Positions 37,672 through 46,280 of a DNA stretch of 64,000 nt are shown one piece after another (positions within the stretch are counted from its first letter, which is position 1; each line of letters opens with the position of its first letter). A model generated the notes under the pieces. The model searched no databases. It saw only the letters and a list, made by a program, of their open reading frames with translations, and was not told the origin of the DNA. The DNA is from Fidelibacterota bacterium (GTDB lineage: Bacteria; Fidelibacterota; UBA8477; JABMPR01): NCBI GenBank assembly GCA_016784025.1, contig JADHVL010000002.1:52490-116489 (forward strand). The letters are read 5' to 3'. Made by a program: the position numbers and the translations under genes.

Positions 37672-38190
37672 TCAGCTGAATGGAATTCGGATGACTTCCT
37701 GCCATTGATCGGGACCACCATTCGTTTCAACCAGTACAGCCTCTTTTATGGTCACGGCGAGGGGGGATCCAATGGCAAGACTTTCCATCAACAACTTCTT
37801 GTTAGCAAGTTTGAGATGACTATAGAGTAAGCTCAGATGTGGCACAAAGGTGTTATTGGTCTTTACCTCAAATTGCTCCATGGCGCTTGCATGTAAACGA
37901 TGAAGAGCTGGATTGAGATGGGTGTGAATGATGACACTTCTGAAGTATTGATCGAACATCCCGACATGACTAAAACTGATCTGAAAGGGCTCTATCGTTT
38001 GGGTAAAATCAATCAACTTTGCCATAATCCAATCTATGTTTTGGTTCAATTGACCAAGCAAGGTGATATGTGGAGAAAAATCAGGTGTTTCTCCTCGCTC
38101 CGAAAGCTGGGTAATCAAGTTTTGCAAGTATTCATATTCTGGTTCTGCTGGAATGAGCCAGATTGAATGACCCCTGGTATTTTCAGCTAC
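37672..38190 (-). CDS. 2H phosphoesterase (2'-5' RNA ligase / cyclic phosphodiesterase family); start uncertain
   Basis: PHITL and PHLSL (HxT/S) motifs. The frame stays open upstream of TTG 38127 through a family-like HSIWLIP segment to 38196, without a canonical start codon. Confidence 0.75.
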   Translation of the reverse strand, partial: VAENTRGHSIWLIPAEPEYEYLQNLITQLSERGETPDFSPHITLLGQLNQNIDWIMAKLIDFTQTIEPFQISFSHVGMFDQYFRSVIIHTHLNPALHRLHASAMEQFEVKTNNTFVPHLSLLYSHLKLANKKLLMESLAIGSPLAVTIKEAVLVETNGGPDQWQEVIRIPFS

Positions 38191-38264
38191 GATTTTTCAC
38201 CCCCAAAGTTTGTTATACAATAATTGTAAAATATTCAATCCTCTGCTTTCCCCAAGTTTAATCG

Positions 38265-41200
38265 CTAACGGATCAAATATACTTTCTTCAAGCGACTCCA
38301 CACCTTTCCGGCTTGGTCATCGAATAATAACTTCATGATATAGAGGCCTGTCACTGCCTTTCCACCATAATTAGCCTCCCCATCCCAAAGCACTTGTCCC
38401 CGGTGACCTACTGGTTTTATTTGCACTGGTTCTGCAATCTTCCGGCCGGCCATATCAAACACCATAACAGACATCAGTCCATGTTCAAATGGCAACTCAT
38501 AGTGAATAGCGATTTGATCAGCATGACCATCCCCATTGGGTGTAAAGGGGTTTGGATCCAGGTCAACGACTAGTTCTGATGAGAGGACATCCAGATAGAG
38601 ACTATTCTCTGCTCCAGGAGTTGAGCCCCAATCGTCAATACAAACACTCCAGTTTCCAGTGTACTGTCCCGAAACCTCTGGTCGAATTCGTTCCAGGGAG
38701 CGTCCCAGCACTAACTCCGTTGATGGACTATAAGACACGTCATCCATGTGGATTTTTTGTGGGTCAAATATAATAATCAAATCTTCAGAATTATTAAGTG
38801 TGGGAAAGTGCAGGATCCCCTGATAAATCCCACTATGTAATGCTGGTCCCAGAGATTGATCATCCCCTATCACCAGATACCCATCACCTTCCAACAATAG
38901 ACTGGTATCGGAGATACTGATTCCTGATCCCGAATTGTCTGCAATGAGCCACCCCAGCATGTCCACGGTATCAGTACTTCTGTTGTAAATCTCTATCCAC
39001 TCATTCTGGTCATTCGTAGGAAGCGGCATGATTTCATTTATTACAAGCGGTGAAGTGTTTTCCGAAATAAATAACCGCTGAATATGTGTGTTATCCCCGG
39101 GTATTCCATCTCCCTCAGATTGAACAACAACTTCAAGAGATATCCAGCCAGAAGATTCTGAAATAAGTTCAATATCCCAGGATAAAGTATCCCCAGCGTC
39201 AATGGGTGGCAGCATCTCTGACCATTCCCCAATCTCAGTTCTATTGTGTTGTGTATTGAGACTCAACACAGCATTCTCAACTAGACTCACACCAGCATTG
39301 ATTATAGATATCCCAGCCAAAAATGAAGCATCCCTCCACAGAATCGAATCTAGAATAACCACATCCTGGACCGCGAGGTTATTGGGCGGTATGAGCATTG
39401 AGTTTTGCCGACCAGGAGTAATACCAAGCGGATCCTGACATACCGACCAACTGGACTCCAATGCCTGGTCTTTCCACAGCGCCAGACGCTCCAGACTTTT
39501 GCCAGGTTCATCATTTGGCGGTGCGAGATAAGCATGTTCAATCATCCTGTGCCCCAGAGGATCCAGGATAACAATTGAATCAGAACTATTATTCAGACTA
39601 GGCCAGGAAGATAGCTCACAGATCTTGGCAGAAGCGGGTGCCCAATCCACCAACTTGATAGCATCACCTGTCCATAAAAACAGACTGTCTGGTTGAATGA
39701 GGAAACTGGACATCACTTCACCCCTACTCCCACTGCCATCCCTAAAACTCCAACCCTTCAGATCTATTTGCATTGAACTGATGTTTACAAATTCGAGAAA
39801 TTCAACCTGGTCCTCATGAGGGAGATAGTGAATCTCATTGATTGCAATTTGGCCAGGCGAGTAACCCAATACTACCTGAACTGAGGTATCAGCAAGAACT
39901 TCACCTTCATGAATCAAGCGGATTGGGATTTCGTTATAACCTGGCCAGAGGGAAGTGCTGGGAAATATGAGCGAATCTGATCCAAAACTTGACAGAACCC
40001 CATGCCAGTAAATATCCGCATCAGATTCAAGTTCAAGCGAATACAGAGTGTCTATCCCCAGATTTTGAAACCCAAGAAACACTTCAGCCTGGGTTAGACC
40101 AATCGATGTGGGTGTCTCTACACGAATTTCATTAATTCGAATTTCCACTGGAAGCAGATGTCTGGTGTTCATACTAGAAGGGGTTCCACCATCTACATGG
40201 GTGCTGGCAACCCAGTTTATCTCCTCATAGGGATAAATATCTGGATGACGCCGTTCCAGGGAAGTAGCAGACTCGCCCCAACTTCCTCGATAAAACACTG
40301 AAGCCACGAGTTGACCGGTGGCATCAAATAAACGAACTGAATCAGATGAGGTGTTCAGGGCGGGCCAAGAATTGAGTTCAAGACCTTCTCTGGGCTCCAC
40401 ACCAAAATAATTTGTCATATTTGAGGAAGCACACAGGGATAAATAGTCAAATGAGTCAATAAATAGAAGACTATCGCTAATGAGGTGTCGAGTTTGATTC
40501 GCATCTGACATCGTCCAGCCTTGTAATGAAACTTCCCCTCCGCTTCTATTCTGAAGTTCTATCCACTCTCCCTGTTGTTCTGGCGATGGACTAAACATGA
40601 TCTCAGTGATGCTGATGATATCCTTGGGATATGGCCCTATTATTTGAAACCTGAGGGAATCATCTTCTGCAATTTCATCGTTTTCAACGAGGACTCTGGC
40701 TTCCAGTTGATGCAACCCAGGAACCAGAGAAAATAAGGTTAGGGGTATTTGAAGCTCTTCCTGTGTAATCAGTTGGGAATTGAAGTGAACATTAAGGTCC
40801 CACTCCTGCTCATCTTTTTCACCATTTTGATTATCATCACGATAGACGGAAACATCGAATTCAGAGACCAGATACTCCCCCAGGTTTTTGATGTGGAGTA
40901 GGATTTCAACAGGTTCTGAGTTCAATAACGACTCGTATTCAATTCCAATTAAACTCAGGTTTATCAGGGGTGGCGTAACTGAATTGCGATACCCTGGAGT
41001 CCCGTTAATATCAATTGACTGAAGCCATGAGCTCAATGAATCAGCCGAGCTAACAGAGACCCGCTCCCAGGAGTACCCGTTTTCAGTTGAGGTTGTCCAT
41101 GACATTTCACTTGAACTAGATGAATCTGGACTGCGAATGATTACAGATTCACCTCCATTGGAAAGCCCTCCACTCCCAAAGCTTGCATCTGTGGAAATAG

Positions 41201-41510
41201 TATAGACAGGAAGAGAATCATTTGTGATATCAGGGTATGGTCCAGTTAGAAAATTGTATCCAGGATCCATGATAAGAGCATAGTGAGAAGGTTGAATCCA
41301 AATTGGACCTGATAAATGGGAGATGGTATCCACTCCATTTCCATCGCTGAGAACCCAGCCATTGATTTGCATCACATGATCTGTGGCATTAAATATCTCT
41401 ATGAATTCGTTTTCATATTCTGATCCCTGAGGATTTGACATCACTTCAGAGATACGTATGTCATTGGCATGTAAGCATATAGCCAACAACACAAGGCATG
41501 TCTTGTGCAT
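38265..41510 (-). CDS. Large secreted protein with four lamin-tail domains, Ig/CARDB-like spacers and a CHU_C/FlgD-like C-terminal domain
   Basis: Four repeats of I.I(S/T/N)E(V/I)...P....E(F/W)(I/L)E..N ... GW...D ... LER ... TP(G/S)..N; C-terminal PNPFTPNGDG..D ... WDG ... GLYI. Confidence 0.85.
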   Translation of the reverse strand: MHKTCLVLLAICLHANDIRISEVMSNPQGSEYENEFIEIFNATDHVMQINGWVLSDGNGVDTISHLSGPIWIQPSHYALIMDPGYNFLTGPYPDITNDSLPVYTISTDASFGSGGLSNGGESVIIRSPDSSSSSEMSWTTSTENGYSWERVSVSSADSLSSWLQSIDINGTPGYRNSVTPPLINLSLIGIEYESLLNSEPVEILLHIKNLGEYLVSEFDVSVYRDDNQNGEKDEQEWDLNVHFNSQLITQEELQIPLTLFSLVPGLHQLEARVLVENDEIAEDDSLRFQIIGPYPKDIISITEIMFSPSPEQQGEWIELQNRSGGEVSLQGWTMSDANQTRHLISDSLLFIDSFDYLSLCASSNMTNYFGVEPREGLELNSWPALNTSSDSVRLFDATGQLVASVFYRGSWGESATSLERRHPDIYPYEEINWVASTHVDGGTPSSMNTRHLLPVEIRINEIRVETPTSIGLTQAEVFLGFQNLGIDTLYSLELESDADIYWHGVLSSFGSDSLIFPSTSLWPGYNEIPIRLIHEGEVLADTSVQVVLGYSPGQIAINEIHYLPHEDQVEFLEFVNISSMQIDLKGWSFRDGSGSRGEVMSSFLIQPDSLFLWTGDAIKLVDWAPASAKICELSSWPSLNNSSDSIVILDPLGHRMIEHAYLAPPNDEPGKSLERLALWKDQALESSWSVCQDPLGITPGRQNSMLIPPNNLAVQDVVILDSILWRDASFLAGISIINAGVSLVENAVLSLNTQHNRTEIGEWSEMLPPIDAGDTLSWDIELISESSGWISLEVVVQSEGDGIPGDNTHIQRLFISENTSPLVINEIMPLPTNDQNEWIEIYNRSTDTVDMLGWLIADNSGSGISISDTSLLLEGDGYLVIGDDQSLGPALHSGIYQGILHFPTLNNSEDLIIIFDPQKIHMDDVSYSPSTELVLGRSLERIRPEVSGQYTGNWSVCIDDWGSTPGAENSLYLDVLSSELVVDLDPNPFTPNGDGHADQIAIHYELPFEHGLMSVMVFDMAGRKIAEPVQIKPVGHRGQVLWDGEANYGGKAVTGLYIMKLLFDDQAGKVWSRLKKVYLIR

Positions 41511-41660
41511 AATAATCCCATCTATTTATATTGAGGTTTACTCGATGAGTGGAAATTAGTCAGGAACAAAACCTATTGCCAACTTTTTCATGATATCAGG
41601 AAGAATTAACTTATATTCAAATCGCTTCGCCAAAGTGAGTTTGAATAATTAGGAGGAAAC

Positions 41661-42239
41661 ATGAAGATAGTGAAACTAGGTTTTTTAATTGTACTGACCG
41701 CTTTGGTCATGTTCAACTGTTCAGGTGGAAAAGAAGTCATTGACATGCCCAAAGATGCAAATAATCCCAAGGGACCGGCTGATTTACCAGATTGGTTTAC
41801 CAATCCCCCTGAAGAAGATGATATGTATATCTATGCTGTGGGGATGGGTGAATCCCGGAAAATGGATCTGGCCATGGATAAAGCCAAACAAGCTGGTAAG
41901 GTTGAGCTATCAGAACGCATTTCAGCCAAAGTCCAAAGCCAGGTTAAAAGTTTTACCCAGGAAGCAGGCATGACTGAGAATACTCAGATTGTTGAATTCT
42001 ATCAATCCACATCAAAAACAGTTACTAACAACACCTTGAATGGTGTGACAGTCTTAAAGCGCTACCCCTATGAAAAGTCTGGTGGTAGCTGGATTGCTTA
42101 TGTCCAACTTGGTTTGAAAAAAGATGCCGTTAGCACGGCTGTGGTTAATGTTATTAAGAATGAAGAAGCGCTCTACGCAGAGTTCAAAGCTTCCCAGGCT
42201 TTTAAGGAATTAGAAGCTTCCATGGAACAAACCAAGTAG
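41661..42239 (+). CDS. LPP20-like lipoprotein
   Basis: Signal ending LVMFNC; PDWF, YAVG.G and A...A...G..ELS..I patterns; AGGAGG SD. Confidence 0.75.
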   Translation: MKIVKLGFLIVLTALVMFNCSGGKEVIDMPKDANNPKGPADLPDWFTNPPEEDDMYIYAVGMGESRKMDLAMDKAKQAGKVELSERISAKVQSQVKSFTQEAGMTENTQIVEFYQSTSKTVTNNTLNGVTVLKRYPYEKSGGSWIAYVQLGLKKDAVSTAVVNVIKNEEALYAEFKASQAFKELEASMEQTK

Positions 42240-42260
42240 ATTTTATTCCAGAGTTTTATC

Positions 42261-42290
42261 AAAAGGGCTGTCAGGTGACAGCCCTTTTTT
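42261..42290. terminator. Intrinsic (probably bidirectional) terminator
   Basis: AAAAGGGCTGTCA-GG-TGACAGCCCTTTTTT between convergent genes. Confidence 0.85.
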
Positions 42291-42293
42291 GTA

Positions 42294-43013
42294 TCAATTC
42301 CCGATAAAATTGACCTGCTCGAAAAACGCCTGCTTATAGGAATCCCCGATGGGAATCTCCTTGCCATCAATCTGTACAAACTGTTTGTGGATCACTTCAA
42401 TCCTGGGGATGGCCACCAGATAGGAACGGTGGATCTGGATGAATTCATCTCCTGGTAGCAGTTCCAGCAGTTGAGCGAAGGTCATCCTGGAGAGCAACTC
42501 CTTACCATCGATCTTAAATATTATGTAATGTCCATCTTTTTGAATAAGCGAGATCTTGCGGGTATCCACCTGATGAATTTGTGAACCACTCTTGATGAAT
42601 ATCTTATGATTGATTTTTCCTGTCTCACCATCATGACTTGGAGTTTCCGTTTCCGGTTTTGAAAATTTGTTTACCGCTGCTAGAAAGCGATCAAAAGGGA
42701 TGGGTTTTAGCAGGTAGTCCAGTGCAGGAATCTCATAGCTCTCCACGGCATGCTGTGAGTAAGCAGTACAAAAAATTACCGATGTATTGTCGGTAGGTAT
42801 CAAGCGAGACAATTGAAGACCGCTTAGATCCGGCATATTGATATCCATAAAGACCAGGTCTACGCTGTTTTGGGAGAGATGGTTCAGAGCTTCGAGTGGA
42901 TCAGTGAAAGTGGCATCCAGCTGTAGCCAACTCACTTTGGAAACATACTTTTTCAAGACCTCAATGGCACCATGTTCGTCATCAACGATAATACACCTAA
43001 CCAGATTGGTCAC
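42294..43013 (-). CDS. LytTR-family response regulator
   Basis: IVDDE, FMDINMP, FCTAY and DYLLKP receiver motifs; FIQIHRSYLV LytTR domain. Confidence 0.93.
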   Translation of the reverse strand: MTNLVRCIIVDDEHGAIEVLKKYVSKVSWLQLDATFTDPLEALNHLSQNSVDLVFMDINMPDLSGLQLSRLIPTDNTSVIFCTAYSQHAVESYEIPALDYLLKPIPFDRFLAAVNKFSKPETETPSHDGETGKINHKIFIKSGSQIHQVDTRKISLIQKDGHYIIFKIDGKELLSRMTFAQLLELLPGDEFIQIHRSYLVAIPRIEVIHKQFVQIDGKEIPIGDSYKQAFFEQVNFIGN

Positions 43014-44080
43014 AACTGAATCTCCAATTTTATGCCGTATTCATCCTCTGATTCGTCGATTGAGAGGTTATGCCTTTCAGGATAGTGATGTTCCAATCGT
43101 CGTTTCACATTCTCAAGACCGATTCCCTTGTGGTCAGTGGATGCATTCCTTCCCTGGAAGTGTGAATTCTCGACAGCGAAGCTGAGTTTCTCTGATGACA
43201 TGTTCAGTAGAATGTGAATCCACCCTTTCCCCTGATTGTCAATTCCATGTTTGAAGGCATTTTCAACAAATGGCAGCAGCAGTAGCGGTGCCACCTGAAT
43301 AGCATCTGGAGAACCTTTAACCACCAGCTCAACCTCTGGTGGGCTGTCACTGCTATACTTGAGCAACATAAGATCCATGTAGTCCTGCAGGTGGTCTATT
43401 TCTTTTTGGAGGGCAGTCAGATCCCCTTCACTATCATACAGCATATAACGCATGAGTCCAGAGAGACGTAATAAGGCGTCGCTGCCTTCATGATCATCAT
43501 GGCGTTGGGTAATGGCATAGATGTTATTCAGGGTATTAAAAAGAAAATGGGGATTGATCTGGGACCGTAGATATTTTACCTCGGCTGCCAGATTTTCCAG
43601 CTCCAGACGTTCCTGGCGATGCATCTGCTGATTGCGTTCGCGCATAAGTCCATAAAAGATACCGCCAACCATAACCAGCACATTTCCAGAGAGGATGGTC
43701 AAATTCAAGATCTCTTTGCGGGAGGTGAGCAACATCTTATCAGATACTTCCCCCGGCGCAGTAGGCAGGTTGAACACCCTCAGAGTCATTTGATCCCAAG
43801 CCCATTCCAAACCTGAGCTCACCAACAACAACCCTAAGAAAAGCCCTGCAACTTGTAAAAGACTTTTGATGTTTAGGCGTTTGGGAATCAGGATTCTAGC
43901 TACCAGCATAACCAAAACAATGGAGATTAGCATATCAAAGATGCGAACAGCATACAAGCTTCCGTCCAAATTATTGAACTCGCCATAAAAAACCGGTCTG
44001 GTGGCCGATTGAATAGGTGAAAAATAAGCAACCCCGAAGAGGAGCATGAGTAGGACAGGTTCAATCCACTTACGTAACAT
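43010..44080 (-). CDS. LytS/YehU-type sensor histidine kinase
   Basis: LRSQINPHFLFNTLNNI, PFVENAFKHG and GIGLENVKRRL motifs; N-terminal TM helices. Confidence 0.93.
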   Translation of the reverse strand: MLRKWIEPVLLMLLFGVAYFSPIQSATRPVFYGEFNNLDGSLYAVRIFDMLISIVLVMLVARILIPKRLNIKSLLQVAGLFLGLLLVSSGLEWAWDQMTLRVFNLPTAPGEVSDKMLLTSRKEILNLTILSGNVLVMVGGIFYGLMRERNQQMHRQERLELENLAAEVKYLRSQINPHFLFNTLNNIYAITQRHDDHEGSDALLRLSGLMRYMLYDSEGDLTALQKEIDHLQDYMDLMLLKYSSDSPPEVELVVKGSPDAIQVAPLLLLPFVENAFKHGIDNQGKGWIHILLNMSSEKLSFAVENSHFQGRNASTDHKGIGLENVKRRLEHHYPERHNLSIDESEDEYGIKLEIQL

Positions 44081-44123
44081 AGTGAGCTAATATATCTTTT
44101 TTTTGTACTTCTTCGACCCCTAA

Positions 44124-44176
44124 GGCGGTCAATCCACCTATCCCTGGCATCAATGCCCCATTACATGGCATCAATG
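44124..44176. promoter_or_regulatory. Putative LytTR-binding direct repeats (21-bp period)
   Basis: TGGCATCAATG at 44145-44155 and 44166-44176, plus GGCGGTCAATC at 44124-44134. TCAAT cores are exactly 21 bp apart. Confidence 0.6.
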
Positions 44177-44293
44177 AGATATTGTCCAAATCAAATGATT
44201 CAGAGCCAGAAATCGATGGGTTCATGCCATTAATCTCATTTACTGTTTTTTTGCTCTATCTTCCCCAACATAAACATTGAAAAGGAGTCTATT

Positions 44294-45085
44294 ATGACAT
44301 CAAGGAAACACATACTACTTATACTACTCATTGGTCTTTTTACCCTTTCGGCGCTAGCCCAGGAAAAAAGGGTCGTTATCCACAAAAAACCCCATGGTGA
44401 GGAAGTCCACAAAGAAGTCTTTATCACCCAGGATGGTGAAGTGTCTGATTCAGTTCTGACAAAGATCTTTGTACGCAGAATGCCCAGGCATGAGCAAAAG
44501 GTTGCTCGGATCGTTATCAAAAAATCAGGTTTCTTCAAAAAGAACAAGATCGTTATCGATTTTGACCCCATGACCAAAAAGATCATGAAAGTATTGGATA
44601 ATGGAAAAGAGATGCCTGAAAAGAAATTTCATAAATATCAGGAATACCTTGAGGATGCCACTGAACTCGCTCCATTGGAAGCCCTCCACCCTGCCATGGA
44701 AGAGATGGATCTCAAGATTGAATTGGGAGAACTCCCCTCCCTGGAGGGGTTGGAAGGTCTAGACTCCCTGATAATTCATCTTGAAGCTCTTGAATCGGCA
44801 CATGCTGTTTATAAAAAAGAACACTACAAATCGATTAAACATGTCATCGAGTTAGATAACCTGGCCGAGACCATTCAAAACATCCTGGGTGAAAGTGGCG
44901 CCACACCCCCACAAAAAATCGAAACCATTTCGATAAAAAAAGGCAAGTTTTATGTCAACGGTGATGAGATAAAAGGTGATACTGGGAAAAAATGTATTCA
45001 AGCCTATATAGCCAATTCAGATCTTACCCCTGAAGACATGCAGAAAAAGGGAGAAGAGATCAGTATTAAAATTCGCTTCGACTGA
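44294..45085 (+). CDS. Hypothetical secreted protein
   Basis: Sec signal ending ALA-Q; AAGGAG SD; charged, Lys/Glu-rich mature region. No family recognised. Confidence 0.75.
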   Translation: MTSRKHILLILLIGLFTLSALAQEKRVVIHKKPHGEEVHKEVFITQDGEVSDSVLTKIFVRRMPRHEQKVARIVIKKSGFFKKNKIVIDFDPMTKKIMKVLDNGKEMPEKKFHKYQEYLEDATELAPLEALHPAMEEMDLKIELGELPSLEGLEGLDSLIIHLEALESAHAVYKKEHYKSIKHVIELDNLAETIQNILGESGATPPQKIETISIKKGKFYVNGDEIKGDTGKKCIQAYIANSDLTPEDMQKKGEEISIKIRFD

Positions 45086-45140
45086 TCTACAGATAAAGGA
45101 ATCTTCCACTAACGCAGGATCATATCGGGGTCTGGCGTTT

Positions 45141-45273
45141 GAAAACCGTCCTTTTCGGGCGGTTTTTGCTATAACCATTATTAAGCGATGGGCGAAAACC
45201 GCTGCTTCCAGGTGGTTTTTGCGATAACCATTGTTAAGTGATGGGCGAAAACCGCTGCTTTCGGACGGTTTTC
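45141..45273. repeat. 53-bp tandem repeat (about 2.5 copies), each unit containing a palindromic hairpin
   Basis: GAAAACCG...(C/T)GGTTTT hairpins start at 45141, 45194 and 45247, joined by near-identical linkers TGC(T/G)ATAACCATT(A/G)TTAAG(C/T)GATGGGC. Confidence 0.85.
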
Positions 45274-45503
45274 TATTTTTGTCTCAGGTCTTTTTCATTC
45301 CCAAGTTTGAACTGACCCGTGACTCTGGCCATGATCAGTTGAGAGCCCGCTTCATCGGTTGATTCATTCTTTGAAAGGAAACGAAGCGCTTCCTTTCCAC
45401 GGAGCGTGGTGGCAAGCTTGTTTGACCTGAAAATTCTGACCTTACCATCCTTACTCGCCTGATAGGAAAAGGGTTTTTGAGTCAGTGAATCATTTACTGC
45501 CAT
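45273..45503 (-). CDS. Small hypothetical protein
   Basis: 76-aa ORF co-oriented with the upstream gene; PFSY...KDGKV.I......TTL.G..A..FL.......QL.MARVTG.FK.GNE looks like a conserved small-protein pattern (from memory). Confidence 0.65.
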   Translation of the reverse strand: MAVNDSLTQKPFSYQASKDGKVRIFRSNKLATTLRGKEALRFLSKNESTDEAGSQLIMARVTGQFKLGNEKDLRQK

Positions 45504-45517
45504 CTCTGCCGAAAATC

Positions 45518-46138
45518 CTACTGGTCCATACTCAGCATTAAGAATCCAGTAAAGGCCGCATTATTGGGTGCCAACCGACTATCAACCTTGGTTTTCATCA
45601 CATTAATAATGGATCTGAATTCTTTATAGAACTCCCAACTGGGACGCGGTTTGTATACCAGGGTATCCAGCTCAAATTGCTGGATCACGCCCTTTGCCGT
45701 TGTGGGTTTCACAAACACTTCATCATAAGGCTTATGATAGACTGGAAGAACAGAAATCAGGGACCACTTGGCCATTTTACCAGTAATGAGGACATCCAGC
45801 ATCATATTGAAGCCCTGCTCTTGATTGCCATGCAGCATTTCTCTTAGTCCATTGGCCAGAATTGTTTCATGCTGATTGTGGAGACTATTGACAAAATCTC
45901 TAAATTTGGGTTTCTCGAAGAGACTGACCATGGATGACCGACTCACCATTTTGCTCATGGCCTGGACAATTGCTTTTGAATCTCCAAATTGATCCTCAGC
46001 AAATTCTTCCTGAACTGTGATAATCATCTTGTCCATCTTATGCTTTTTACCAATGGCTACCATGTCGGGGTGTTCAAAACCACCTGGATACACATTTAAA
46101 AATTTTGCTTCTGACTGCTTTAATTTATCGAGATTCAT
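45518..46138 (-). CDS. Hypothetical protein
   Basis: 206-aa ORF with GAGGGAG SD; motifs YPGGF, SLFEKP.FRD, KPTT, PNNAAF.GFL. Function unknown. Confidence 0.75.
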   Translation of the reverse strand: MNLDKLKQSEAKFLNVYPGGFEHPDMVAIGKKHKMDKMIITVQEEFAEDQFGDSKAIVQAMSKMVSRSSMVSLFEKPKFRDFVNSLHNQHETILANGLREMLHGNQEQGFNMMLDVLITGKMAKWSLISVLPVYHKPYDEVFVKPTTAKGVIQQFELDTLVYKPRPSWEFYKEFRSIINVMKTKVDSRLAPNNAAFTGFLMLSMDQ

Positions 46139-46280
46139 AGACGCTCCCTCTGATCATCATTTCATTCATATTGGTGTTGGCATAATTAATCGCTTTTAGA
46201 AGATAATCCATAAGGAACAAATATTATCACAATTCGTTGATCAGGTAAGTATATTCACAAGTCTAAGGGTTGAAGGAGTA

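Noticed and set aside
45141..45273. CRISPR array
   Set aside because: The segments between hairpins are near-identical rather than unique spacers, there are only about 2.5 units, and no cas genes are present.
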